A stretch of 64,000 bases of DNA from Escherichia phage FL23: the sequence record PP400787, one strand, 5' to 3'. Made by a program: the position numbers and the translations under genes. The notes under the pieces were generated by a model, which saw only the letters and a list, made by a program, of their open reading frames with translations, was not told the origin of the DNA and did not search any database. Positions 1 to 8,488 of this stretch are shown in pieces. Positions within the stretch are counted from its first letter, which is position 1. The number at the start of each line of letters is the position of its first letter.

Positions 1-1
1 A

Positions 2-184
2 GATAAAATTAAAGAATTGGTAGCTTTAATTCGCAAAGCAGATGAGGAACTTAGTGACTTTTCTTGGTTTTCGGCAGGCATTGCAAATAAAGGTATTGAA
101 AAATTTGAAGCTAAAGTTGATAATGCTTTAGAAGCGTTAGATATGTTTCTTGATGAAATTATCGATCATAATACGAGAGTTTAA
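2..184 (+). CDS. hypothetical protein, C-terminal fragment (start upstream of window)
   Basis: Open frame from window edge to TAA; same strand and packing as neighbours; no motif recognised. Confidence 0.3.
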   Translation, partial: DKIKELVALIRKADEELSDFSWFSAGIANKGIEKFEAKVDNALEALDMFLDEIIDHNTRV

Positions 185-186
185 TT

Positions 187-381
187 ATGCTAACACGTGA
201 ACAGTTTGAAAAAATTATTAAATTAGCACGTGATATTGAAATAGATTCATACCAATTAGCAGTTGAGCATTGTGAAGGATATTCATACGACGGTATAGAA
301 GCAGCTAAAAAGGATTTGGATAAATCCAAAGCTAAGTTAGTTCAATATCTTGAAATGATTAGGTGGAATAATGAAAACTGA
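187..381 (+). CDS. hypothetical protein (64 aa)
   Basis: ORF track; starts 3 nt after previous stop; acidic/helical composition. Confidence 0.4.
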   Translation: MLTREQFEKIIKLARDIEIDSYQLAVEHCEGYSYDGIEAAKKDLDKSKAKLVQYLEMIRWNNEN

Positions 382-546
382 AAAGCAGATGTTTTTAATG
401 AAGCTAATTGAAGAATATGCTAATGCAGTTTCTGACTATGAATGTTCTTCTCGGGAAAGAGGCACAGCTTTCGCTAAAGAAGAAATGAAAATCATGGTTG
501 ATGCTCACACAAAGCTTCAGAATTTTATTGAAAACGTCATTTAATG

Positions 547-583
547 GTTTACAAGTTGGCAAGATTATGATATAGTAATCTTG
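547..583 (+). promoter_or_regulatory. T4-type early promoter (GTTTAC -35, ~18 nt spacer, TATAGT -10) with dyad caagatt/aatcttg flanking the -10
   Basis: GTTTAC at 547-552; TATAGT ~571-576; same architecture as the promoter at 37371. Confidence 0.5.
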
Positions 584-711
584 TCAACTGCCAAGGAGAA
601 GAGAATGAAAGTTTTGTTTGTTGTGTATGTGATGATTCAATATAATTATCCAATGTTTACTTATAATCTGGTGAACAACATTATTGATATTATTCAAAGG
701 AGTATGTAATT

Positions 712-1269
712 GTGGGTGAGTCGAAGAGAATCAATATGAAACGATTAGTATTAGAAGTTAGTCCGCTTTTTGGTGAATTAGCTATAGAAAAAGTAAATAA
801 TATGTATCGTTTGACGCAAGAAGATGATATGTTATATTTTACGCCTAGTGAAATTGTTCGTTTAACCCAAATTGAATATGCTTATACTGATAAAATAGTA
901 AGCATCAATGATGAGCACAAAATTCATTTTTATTCTTCATGCCCAGGATTTAATATTAAAAGCGAGTCAATGTGCTTATCAATTAATAATTGGGATAATT
1001 TTATAACTAAGATTAAATATTTTTATTATTCTAATGAAAGAAAACATAGTTTAAAATGGCTCAAAAATTGCAATGCTATTATTACTAACGCTTGCAATCA
1101 GAATGATGAAACTGTTTTAAACGTATCAAAATGCTATGAAGATGGTGATGTCTTAACTATTCGTCAAATTGATGATTTTCGATCGTATATTGTCACATTT
1201 ACCAAAGACGAAGCTATTGCGTTAAAGACTTATCTCGATTCTGTTATTCCAACTATGACTTCAAAGTGA
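712..1269 (+). CDS. hypothetical protein (185 aa), paralog of the next gene
   Basis: GTG start 10 nt after AAGGAG; C-terminus (EAIALKTYLDSVIPTMTSK) resembles C-terminus of ORF 1276-1797 (EAEAMIKYLTTVTPSMKG). Confidence 0.5.
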   Translation: MGESKRINMKRLVLEVSPLFGELAIEKVNNMYRLTQEDDMLYFTPSEIVRLTQIEYAYTDKIVSINDEHKIHFYSSCPGFNIKSESMCLSINNWDNFITKIKYFYYSNERKHSLKWLKNCNAIITNACNQNDETVLNVSKCYEDGDVLTIRQIDDFRSYIVTFTKDEAIALKTYLDSVIPTMTSK

Positions 1270-1275
1270 GGAAAT

Positions 1276-1797
1276 ATGTTTATTTCAAGTGGAAGCGGTT
1301 TAATTCGTGTTGAATTTAAAAATGACATCTTTCTTATTCAAGGAGATGATATTATTAAAATGAGTTATGACGAAATCAAGAAAATTTGTCATGCTCTTGA
1401 AAGTCATGGAAAAGTGAACGCTGTTATTGATATTGGCGATTTATGGGTAACGCTTTATGAAGTATCCGAAGGATTTAACATTGAAGATGAAAATAACATT
1501 TTAGCTATTGATAAAAGAACTGATTTGTTTGATGTATTAAAAGCCTATGAGCAGTCAAATGGCGGAAGAAAAGCTGTATTGATTTATCAAAAACCGCATT
1601 CATGTGGAACTGCTTCAATCATTTCAAATATTGAAGGCGAAGTTGATACTTATATGTGTGTTTTAAAAGCTGATGGTGACCGTCATCCGGATTTTATTTC
1701 TATTCGTCAAAACAATGGAGAAATTTCATTATCAAAATCAGAAGCTGAAGCCATGATTAAGTATTTAACAACCGTTACGCCTTCAATGAAAGGATAA
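1276..1797 (+). CDS. hypothetical protein (173 aa), paralog of previous gene
   Basis: ORF track; shared C-terminal motif with 712-1269; 6-nt gap to previous gene. Confidence 0.5.
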   Translation: MFISSGSGLIRVEFKNDIFLIQGDDIIKMSYDEIKKICHALESHGKVNAVIDIGDLWVTLYEVSEGFNIEDENNILAIDKRTDLFDVLKAYEQSNGGRKAVLIYQKPHSCGTASIISNIEGEVDTYMCVLKADGDRHPDFISIRQNNGEISLSKSEAEAMIKYLTTVTPSMKG

Positions 1798-1799
1798 TT

Positions 1800-2261
1800 A
1801 TGATTATTAATGAAAACTCTTGGCACTATAAATTATTCAAATTGTTTAACGATGAATGGCAACGACCTAAGACACTATGCGCATATTTTTGGTCTATTGC
1901 CATTCCTACATTTTTCGTTTCTATTTTTGGATGTGCTATACTCGTAGGTCTAACAATTATTTGTGCAGAAAGCCTACAGCGTTGGATTATTTTTGGTAGT
2001 TTATGGACTTTGCTTCCATCAGCATTTATACTTGCGCTTTTGGTTGTTTTACTTATTATCGGTTCATTTGTTATTCCTGCACATTTGCGTGAAAAATATA
2101 AAGATTATAAATGGAAAAAGGATTATGCTTTACACGTAGAAAATATTGATAGGGCGTATAAAGGTTTATCTCCTATTCAACCCAAGAAATCGGTTATCGT
2201 TGAATTTTTAAAAGCTCGTAAAGCTAAAGTATGTCCTGTTATTGAATATAAGGCTGAATGA
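1800..2261 (+). CDS. small membrane protein (about 2 predicted TM helices)
   Basis: Two long hydrophobic stretches (IAIPTFFVSIFGCAILVGLTIICA and LLPSAFILALLVVLLIIGSFVIPA); stop overlaps start of next gene (ATGA). Confidence 0.5.
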   Translation: MIINENSWHYKLFKLFNDEWQRPKTLCAYFWSIAIPTFFVSIFGCAILVGLTIICAESLQRWIIFGSLWTLLPSAFILALLVVLLIIGSFVIPAHLREKYKDYKWKKDYALHVENIDRAYKGLSPIQPKKSVIVEFLKARKAKVCPVIEYKAE

Positions 2262-3271
2262 TGAAAACAGTAATGAAAAGTTATTTTGGTAGTCATCTTT
2301 ATGGAACTTCTACCCCAGAATCTGATGTAGATTTTAAAGAAATCTTTGTTCCTCCTGCTCGCGATATTCTTATCGGAAATGTTAAAGAGCATATGAGTAA
2401 AAATACTAACAATACATCATCTAAAAACACTAAAGATGATATTGACCATGAACTATACAGTCTTAAATATTTCTTTAAATTAGCAGCAGATGGTGAAACT
2501 GTAGCATTGGATATGCTTCACACTCCACCTGAACTAGTGGTTAAATCTGATTTGCCTGATGTGTGGAAGTTTATTCAAGACAACCGTTCTCGTTTTTATA
2601 CGACTAACATGAAATCCTATTTAGGATATGTCCGCAAGCAAGCTTCTAAATACGGTGTCAAGGGTTCTCGTTTGGCTGCATTACGTGATGTATTGAAAGT
2701 AGTTAATCAAATCCCTGAGCAGTGGATTGATTACCAAGAAGATGGTTCTATTAAGCAGCGTCGCACTAAAGTTGAAGATATTAAGCATCGTCTTCCAGAA
2801 AACGAATTCTGTGAATGGGTGTTCCATAATCATGAGAAAACAGGCCCACAAACGTTCTACACTGTGTTGGGTCGTAAATATCAGACAACGCTTTCTCTTA
2901 TTGAGCTTAAGCAGTCACTGAACAAATTAGATGCTGAATATGGTGAACGTGCTCGTAAGGCCGAAGCCAATGAAGGTATTGACTGGAAAGCTCTGAGTCA
3001 TGCTTGCCGTGGTGGACTCCAACTATTGGAAATTTACAAAACTGGTGACTTGGTTTATCCACTCCAAGATGCTCCATTTATTCTCGACGTGAAGTTGGGT
3101 AAACATCCATTTAAAACGGTTCAAGAGTTTTTGGAAGATGTGGTCGATCAAGTAGAAGCAGCATCTACTGAAGCTTCTAAGAACGGTATGCAGCAAAAAG
3201 TAGACATGGGTTTCTGGGATGACTTCCTTGAGAAGGTCTATCTTGAAAACCATCGAAGTTATTATAAATGA
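2258..3271 (+). CDS. Pol-beta-superfamily nucleotidyltransferase-like protein (337 aa)
   Basis: N-terminal YFGSHLYGTSTPESDVDF = G-S-x10-D-x-D nucleotidyltransferase signature; candidate third carboxylate in VALDMLH; helical C-terminal half. Confidence 0.6.
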   Translation: MMKTVMKSYFGSHLYGTSTPESDVDFKEIFVPPARDILIGNVKEHMSKNTNNTSSKNTKDDIDHELYSLKYFFKLAADGETVALDMLHTPPELVVKSDLPDVWKFIQDNRSRFYTTNMKSYLGYVRKQASKYGVKGSRLAALRDVLKVVNQIPEQWIDYQEDGSIKQRRTKVEDIKHRLPENEFCEWVFHNHEKTGPQTFYTVLGRKYQTTLSLIELKQSLNKLDAEYGERARKAEANEGIDWKALSHACRGGLQLLEIYKTGDLVYPLQDAPFILDVKLGKHPFKTVQEFLEDVVDQVEAASTEASKNGMQQKVDMGFWDDFLEKVYLENHRSYYK

Positions 3272-3272
3272 T

Positions 3273-3300
3273 AGGGAGCCTTCGGGCTCCCTTTTTTATT
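3273..3300 (+). terminator. rho-independent terminator (GC hairpin with UUCG loop plus T-run)
   Basis: agggagccTTCGggctccc followed by ttttttattt. Confidence 0.65.
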
Positions 3301-3303
3301 TCA

Positions 3304-3385
3304 AAAATTTTTCACAAAACTGTTTACAAGCATAAAGCTTTATGGTACTATACAACTATCAACTGATACGGATTTGGAGAATAAA
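3304..3385 (+). repeat. early promoter plus conserved leader cassette, copy 1
   Basis: aaaattttttcacaaaactGTTTAC...tggTACTATacaactatcaactgatacggatttGGAGaataaa; near-identical copies at 31884, 58641, 62275 and variants at 5458, 59148, 50480. Confidence 0.6.
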
Positions 3386-4354
3386 ATGAAAACTGTAACT
3401 ATCAATAAGGGTATCTACTTCGGTAAAGAAATCTCTGGAACTTTTGAGCTCTTAGGCGAATGGTTCCCAGATAATGCTCCGGTAGATGCACAAGGAGATG
3501 GTAAAGTTTTTGTTGAAATTGACGGTAAACGTCGCGGTGTTTGGGTTTACAAATCAGACATTTCATATGATGGTGTAAAAGTTGAAGAAGTTAAAGAATC
3601 ATATGAAGATATGAAAACCCGCATTAATAAAAGATTTAATGTTATGGGAATGATGACGAATGGTATTATTAACGGAAACATTCGTTCATTAATTATCTCT
3701 GGTGCGGCGGGTATTGGTAAAACGTATTCTTTAGATAAAGCTTTGAATAAAGCAAATGATAATGGATACATTGAGTATAAAAGCATTAATGGTAAAATCT
3801 CTGGTATCGGTCTTTATGAACAGCTTTGGAATAATCGTGAAGAGAATTCTGTCCTTTTGATTGATGATGTGGATGTTTTCTCTGATATGGACATTCTTAA
3901 TCTTCTGAAAGCTGCTCTGGACACTGGAGAGACCCGTAAAGTCTGCTGGAGCACTGCATCTTCTTACTTAGAAGAAAAAGGCATTGAGCGTGAGTTTGAA
4001 TTTAAAGGAACGATTGTTTTTATCACAAACGTTGACATTGACCGCGAATTAGACCGTGGTACTAAACTTGCTCCACATTTACAAGCATTAGTGTCCCGCT
4101 CAGTTTATTTAGATTTGGGTGTTCACACTAATGAAGAAATTATGGTCAGGGTTGAAGATGTTATTCTTTCAACTGACATGATGCAAAAGCGCGGTCTTTC
4201 TGATGAAGAAACTTATAAAGCATTATCATGGATGAAAGTCAATGTTAATCGTTTACGCAATGTTTCACTGCGTACTGCTCTTTATCTTGCTGACTTTATT
4301 ATGACCGACAAAAACCATTGGGAAGAAATCGCTGAAACGGTATTATTAAAATGA
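3386..4354 (+). CDS. AAA+/P-loop ATPase (323 aa)
   Basis: Walker A GAAGIGKT, Walker B VLLIDDVD; ATG 6 nt after GGAG of the conserved leader. Confidence 0.6.
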   Translation: MKTVTINKGIYFGKEISGTFELLGEWFPDNAPVDAQGDGKVFVEIDGKRRGVWVYKSDISYDGVKVEEVKESYEDMKTRINKRFNVMGMMTNGIINGNIRSLIISGAAGIGKTYSLDKALNKANDNGYIEYKSINGKISGIGLYEQLWNNREENSVLLIDDVDVFSDMDILNLLKAALDTGETRKVCWSTASSYLEEKGIEREFEFKGTIVFITNVDIDRELDRGTKLAPHLQALVSRSVYLDLGVHTNEEIMVRVEDVILSTDMMQKRGLSDEETYKALSWMKVNVNRLRNVSLRTALYLADFIMTDKNHWEEIAETVLLK

Positions 4355-5070
4355 AAAAATATTTTACTATCTATAAAACTGAAATATTAAATTTAAAGAC
4401 AGGTATTAAGAAATACTATTATGGTCGACATATAACTAATAATACCAATGATTCGTATGTTGGTAGTGGAAATTATATAGAACGTGTAAAAGTGTCAAAT
4501 GACCACATATTATCAAAAACGGTTTTAGAAGTTTTTGATAATTATGATAAAATGGTACAAGCTGAAATATTATATATCATGGCAGGTAAATTGAAATATG
4601 GGAAAAACTGTGTTAACCTGTCATACGGGGGTGAAGGAGGAAAGGTTGCAGATGAAACTAGGATAAAATGCAAAAAGCATTCTATAAATTTATGGAAAAA
4701 TCCTAATCATATACAGCATATGAAGAAAAAGATGAAAGAGGTCACATCCACGCCGGAAGCTAAATTAAACACTTCAATAAAAACTTCGCAACGATATAAG
4801 GACCCGGTTTTTGTTAGAAAAGTTAGTAATATTATTAAAAAGAAACTAAGCAATCCTGCAGTAAAAGAAAAGCATATTAATGGAATTAAAGCTGCAAAGC
4901 GTTCTCATTTAACTATATGGCAGTATGAAGATGAATTATTCGAGCTCTGGAAAGAAACTAAATGTGGATGGAGAAAATTTACAAAGGAAGCTATAAAACA
5001 CGGATATCCAAATGAACCGTATCGTAGTATGGTATCAACTTTTCAGAAAAGACATTTAGAAGAATCCTAA
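4351..5070 (+). CDS. free-standing GIY-YIG homing endonuclease (Seg-like)
   Basis: N-terminal IYKTEILNLKTGIKKYYYGRH ... YVGSG module shared with the segF-like ORF at 40822; K/N-rich C-terminal DNA-binding repeats; ATGA overlap with upstream gene. Confidence 0.6.
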   Translation: MKKYFTIYKTEILNLKTGIKKYYYGRHITNNTNDSYVGSGNYIERVKVSNDHILSKTVLEVFDNYDKMVQAEILYIMAGKLKYGKNCVNLSYGGEGGKVADETRIKCKKHSINLWKNPNHIQHMKKKMKEVTSTPEAKLNTSIKTSQRYKDPVFVRKVSNIIKKKLSNPAVKEKHINGIKAAKRSHLTIWQYEDELFELWKETKCGWRKFTKEAIKHGYPNEPYRSMVSTFQKRHLEES

Positions 5071-5140
5071 GACAAAAAGGCAGTTCAGAAATAGATTATA
5101 TGGACTGCCATCAAAAAGATGACTAGAATTAAACTGGTAA

Positions 5141-5455
5141 ATGGAGGTAATGATGTTATACTCAAAGGCTCGTGAAATTTACGAAACTAAAATTAAAGAA
5201 GCAGTATTTAAGTTCGCAACGACAATGCGATGGACAAATGACTGGGAGTATTCAAAAAATCATAAGAAGCCCATGGTGACAAGAAAGGCTCATATGTTAG
5301 TGTTAATAGACCGTGAGCAGATTAAAGCCCGAGAAGCCCTCCAGAATCATAAAAAGGCTGCCTTTGAATGGTTTATGGATAACACTGCTCCTGAGACTAA
5401 GAAAGCAGTGAGTGCATGGTTCAGTGGAAAAAATTGTGAAAGAAGTTTCTTTTAG
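5141..5455 (+). CDS. hypothetical protein (104 aa)
   Basis: ORF track only. Confidence 0.4.
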   Translation: MEVMMLYSKAREIYETKIKEAVFKFATTMRWTNDWEYSKNHKKPMVTRKAHMLVLIDREQIKAREALQNHKKAAFEWFMDNTAPETKKAVSAWFSGKNCERSFF

Positions 5456-5457
5456 TG

Positions 5458-5515
5458 GTTTACAAGACTGTTCCTCTGTGGTACTATACAACTATCAACT
5501 ACGGAGGAACAGAAA
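5458..5515 (+). repeat. early promoter/leader cassette, variant class (identical to copy at 59148)
   Basis: GTTTACaagactgttcctctgtggTACTATacaactatcaactacGGAGGaacagaaa-ATG; arms ctgttcctc/gaggaacag are inverted repeats. Confidence 0.6.
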
Positions 5516-6043
5516 ATGAACGCTAAAGATATTTTCAACCTGGTAAATTACAACGATGGTAAATTTAAATCTGAAGCACAAAGCAAGTTCTTTAATGACA
5601 TCTCAATCGGAGGTGAAATCACGGTTGATGGAGGACAAATTTACAAATCCCGTTGGAATTGGATCGTTATTATCGATGAGATTGGTATTGTAGAAATTTA
5701 CAAGAATACGAATAAAAATCGTACATTACACTGGTCTCGTGATACTAACGAACAATACAAAAAGGATAAAGCATCTAAATTATCTCGTGTAACTCAAGAA
5801 GATATTGAGTTCATCAAGAAAGATATTTTGATGTATGATAACTTAATTGCTGAAGAGCAAGCTGTTATTGATAAATTTGATGAGATTAAAGCTTCTCGTG
5901 AAATTCCTGATTTTATGAAAGAATCAGTAAATGAACGATACACTCTCATTTCAGAGCGTATCGAAACTTACAAAAAGCAAAGAGCTGAACGCCAAAATAC
6001 TCTTCGGAAGTTTGAAGAACGGTTAAAGACGGTACTCGCATAA
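5516..6043 (+). CDS. hypothetical protein (175 aa)
   Basis: ORF track; ATG directly after cassette SD. Confidence 0.5.
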   Translation: MNAKDIFNLVNYNDGKFKSEAQSKFFNDISIGGEITVDGGQIYKSRWNWIVIIDEIGIVEIYKNTNKNRTLHWSRDTNEQYKKDKASKLSRVTQEDIEFIKKDILMYDNLIAEEQAVIDKFDEIKASREIPDFMKESVNERYTLISERIETYKKQRAERQNTLRKFEERLKTVLA

Positions 6044-6098
6044 CCGCTTTATACCAAGGATGGTATAATGGTTCTAAGCCCTTTTAATTGAGATTATT

Positions 6099-6332
6099 AT
6101 GAAACGGTTGATAATTAAAAGATTGAATTTATTGATATGTTGTTTATGTGTAGTAGTTGCATATGGTTATTACGCAATTAATGATTATATGCACTATAAA
6201 GATTATGATGTTACTGTAGTTAATACCCTTACAGGAACTCAAGGAAAGGGGTCTAGTTTATTGCTGTATATGAACTCAAAGACGGTTATAGATTTAGCGA
6301 ATATATTTCACCGGAGATGTATTCTTCAATAG
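6099..6332 (+). CDS. small hydrophobic protein (77 aa)
   Basis: ORF track; N-terminal hydrophobic segment LNLLICCLCVVVAYGYYAI. Confidence 0.4.
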   Translation: MKRLIIKRLNLLICCLCVVVAYGYYAINDYMHYKDYDVTVVNTLTGTQGKGSSLLLYMNSKTVIDLANIFHRRCILQ

Positions 6333-6499
6333 AAAAAGGTGATAATATTACTGTAAGTTTACGTCCTTTCGACGTAAAACAGACATGGTTTGATAATATT
6401 GTTTGGTTCTTTGGAATGGTATTAGTTCAATCTGTGTGTGGTGCTTATATAGTCTGTTCTATCTTATTCTGTATATTTAGTAAAATTGAAATTGAGTGA
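6317..6499 (+). CDS. small hydrophobic protein (60 aa)
   Basis: ORF track; C-terminal hydrophobic segment. Confidence 0.3.
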   Translation: MYSSIEKGDNITVSLRPFDVKQTWFDNIVWFFGMVLVQSVCGAYIVCSILFCIFSKIEIE

Positions 6500-6506
6500 G
6501 GAAAAT

Positions 6507-7394
6507 ATGTCAGTAGTAATTAATAATGTCAATGCAGTAATTAAATCTTTAGTTAATAAAAAATTGAATGAATGGACTGTACTTTGTCGTGGAGAGCCAG
6601 ATAAATTTTTTCATAGATTTAACCCAACTTTGGATTTGAATGTTATTGACAGAGATGTTCATGCCAAAATTTTAGATAAATTTAAAGTTGATATTGGATT
6701 TGGATTAGAAAAACATTTACAGCGAACAAACGGGTCTGGAATGAGTTTATCTAATCGCATTATGAAAGCCCTTAATAAAATTGGAGCGTTGTCTCGTATT
6801 AATGCGAGTGAAATTCTTCGTAATTATAATAAAGGATATGACCTTTATGGTCGACTAATGCCGAAGTTATCATTTGACCAAATGATTGCAGATTTGTGGG
6901 AAAATCAGCGACGATTATTAGCATTAGGCGCTCGATTGGCTAAAGGTCTAGATAAACAAATGATTTTTAAGACCAATAATACAGAAGACCTTAAATGCTT
7001 TAAATTTAGTATTCGCGGAGATGATTATTACATCAGAGCTCACTCTACAGATTATGTTAATATGGGGCATCATCTCTGTTTAGCTTTTGAAGTTTTAAAA
7101 GAAGCTGGAACATTAGAATATACGTCTGGTGCTAAATGCCCGATTGGTTCAAATTGTATTTTGATTTATCGCCCGGATGAATCCAGTTCAACTAAATTGC
7201 CTACGAAACCTGTACCAGTTCGTAGTAATGAAAAACATTCTGAACAAATTGATTATTTTAATAAACAGATTGAAGAGCTGAATATTTCTATTCAACAATA
7301 TGATGATGAAATTTTCAGACTATCTGGATTGAGTAGTAAAGCTAAATCTGAGCGTGAAAAGTTAATTAAAATTGTTGATTTACTTAAATCTTAA
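6507..7394 (+). CDS. hypothetical protein with C-terminal coiled coil, tandem paralog 1 of 4
   Basis: ATG after GAGG; central RRLLALGARLAKG-type motif and heptad-like C-terminal tail shared with next three genes. Confidence 0.5.
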   Translation: MSVVINNVNAVIKSLVNKKLNEWTVLCRGEPDKFFHRFNPTLDLNVIDRDVHAKILDKFKVDIGFGLEKHLQRTNGSGMSLSNRIMKALNKIGALSRINASEILRNYNKGYDLYGRLMPKLSFDQMIADLWENQRRLLALGARLAKGLDKQMIFKTNNTEDLKCFKFSIRGDDYYIRAHSTDYVNMGHHLCLAFEVLKEAGTLEYTSGAKCPIGSNCILIYRPDESSSTKLPTKPVPVRSNEKHSEQIDYFNKQIEELNISIQQYDDEIFRLSGLSSKAKSEREKLIKIVDLLKS

Positions 7395-7402
7395 GGAACA
7401 CC

Positions 7403-8431
7403 ATGAAAACTCGTTCTCAAATTGAAGATATGGTTCGTACTGCCAGCGATACTCGTAATGTTATGACATTTTTGTGTGAAAATAATTTAGACCCTGATAA
7501 AGTTAATCGTGCTATTCATCACTTTAAATATCTAAATAGCAGTGAATGGTTACGTCATTTTAGTAAAGCGGGGTATATTACACAAATGACTGCTCGTGAG
7601 CAGCTCACCGATTTCTGTAAAACTATTGATTATAAAAATCCTCTATTTGTTCAAGGCGTTGGTCAAAGTAAGGTCGATTTATCATCTGGATTTTTCAATC
7701 CAAATCATTATCGTATTGAATGGAGATTTATTGCTCTGTTCCGTAGACAATTAAAGCAAATTTTATCAACTGCGAGTCGATTGAAAGGTTCTGATATTAA
7801 CTTAAAGAACCTGAAATTTGATGGTTATACTCTTCAGATGGAAGTAAGACCATTAAAAGAAAATAACAGAACTGCACGAATTAGCTTTAAACCTAATACA
7901 AAAAATTCTCTTTCAATTTGCGAATGCCTTAAATCGCAGTTGACAGAAGCATTTAAGTATATGGACGTTGTTGCTGCTGTCCAGTCTAAGATTTTACCTC
8001 GTTTTGAGCGATTTAAATTAGACACAACAACATATGAACTTGATATGATCGTTTCATTTAAATACGATTTTTTGAGAAAGGACGAAGTCACGCAAGAGAA
8101 AAAGCAAGAAGTGCAAGATAACTTAAATTTAAATTTATCCAATTACTCATCAAACGATCCTAAATTTTGGATGTATAGTTCAGGTAATAAGGATGCATGG
8201 AAATTCAATAAAGTGAATTTTCTTCCTGTTGAAAATCCGAGTCTTAAACCTGTTGAAAAATGGCATGCCGATGCGATTGAGAAGTCTATCAAGGCAGTAG
8301 ATGATGAACTCGTTAAAGCAACTAATGAAGTGCTAGAAGCTGAAAAGATGCTAGAAAAAGCTCAAGAAAAAGTCAAAAATCTTACGAAGCAACGTTCTAA
8401 ACTGAACAATGCACTAAATGCACTAAACTAG
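7403..8431 (+). CDS. hypothetical protein with C-terminal coiled coil, tandem paralog 2 of 4
   Basis: ORF track; motif RRQLKQILSTASRLKG; coiled-coil tail. Confidence 0.5.
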   Translation: MKTRSQIEDMVRTASDTRNVMTFLCENNLDPDKVNRAIHHFKYLNSSEWLRHFSKAGYITQMTAREQLTDFCKTIDYKNPLFVQGVGQSKVDLSSGFFNPNHYRIEWRFIALFRRQLKQILSTASRLKGSDINLKNLKFDGYTLQMEVRPLKENNRTARISFKPNTKNSLSICECLKSQLTEAFKYMDVVAAVQSKILPRFERFKLDTTTYELDMIVSFKYDFLRKDEVTQEKKQEVQDNLNLNLSNYSSNDPKFWMYSSGNKDAWKFNKVNFLPVENPSLKPVEKWHADAIEKSIKAVDDELVKATNEVLEAEKMLEKAQEKVKNLTKQRSKLNNALNALN

Positions 8432-8460
8432 TTTACTTTTCCACAAGGATGTGGTATAAT
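8431..8460 (+). promoter_or_regulatory. T4-type early promoter
   Basis: GTTTAC-ttttccacaaggatgtgg-TATAAT; same element upstream of rIIA.1 at 54166. Confidence 0.55.
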
Positions 8461-8488
8461 GTTCTTACTTTCTACTGAGGAGATTAAT

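Noticed and set aside
8441-8454. ccacaAGGAtgtgg palindrome (also at 54176) as a regulatory operator
   Set aside because: The downstream arm is largely accounted for by the extended -10 consensus TGTGGTATAAT of T4-type early promoters; I kept only the dyads that bracket the -10 as a finding.
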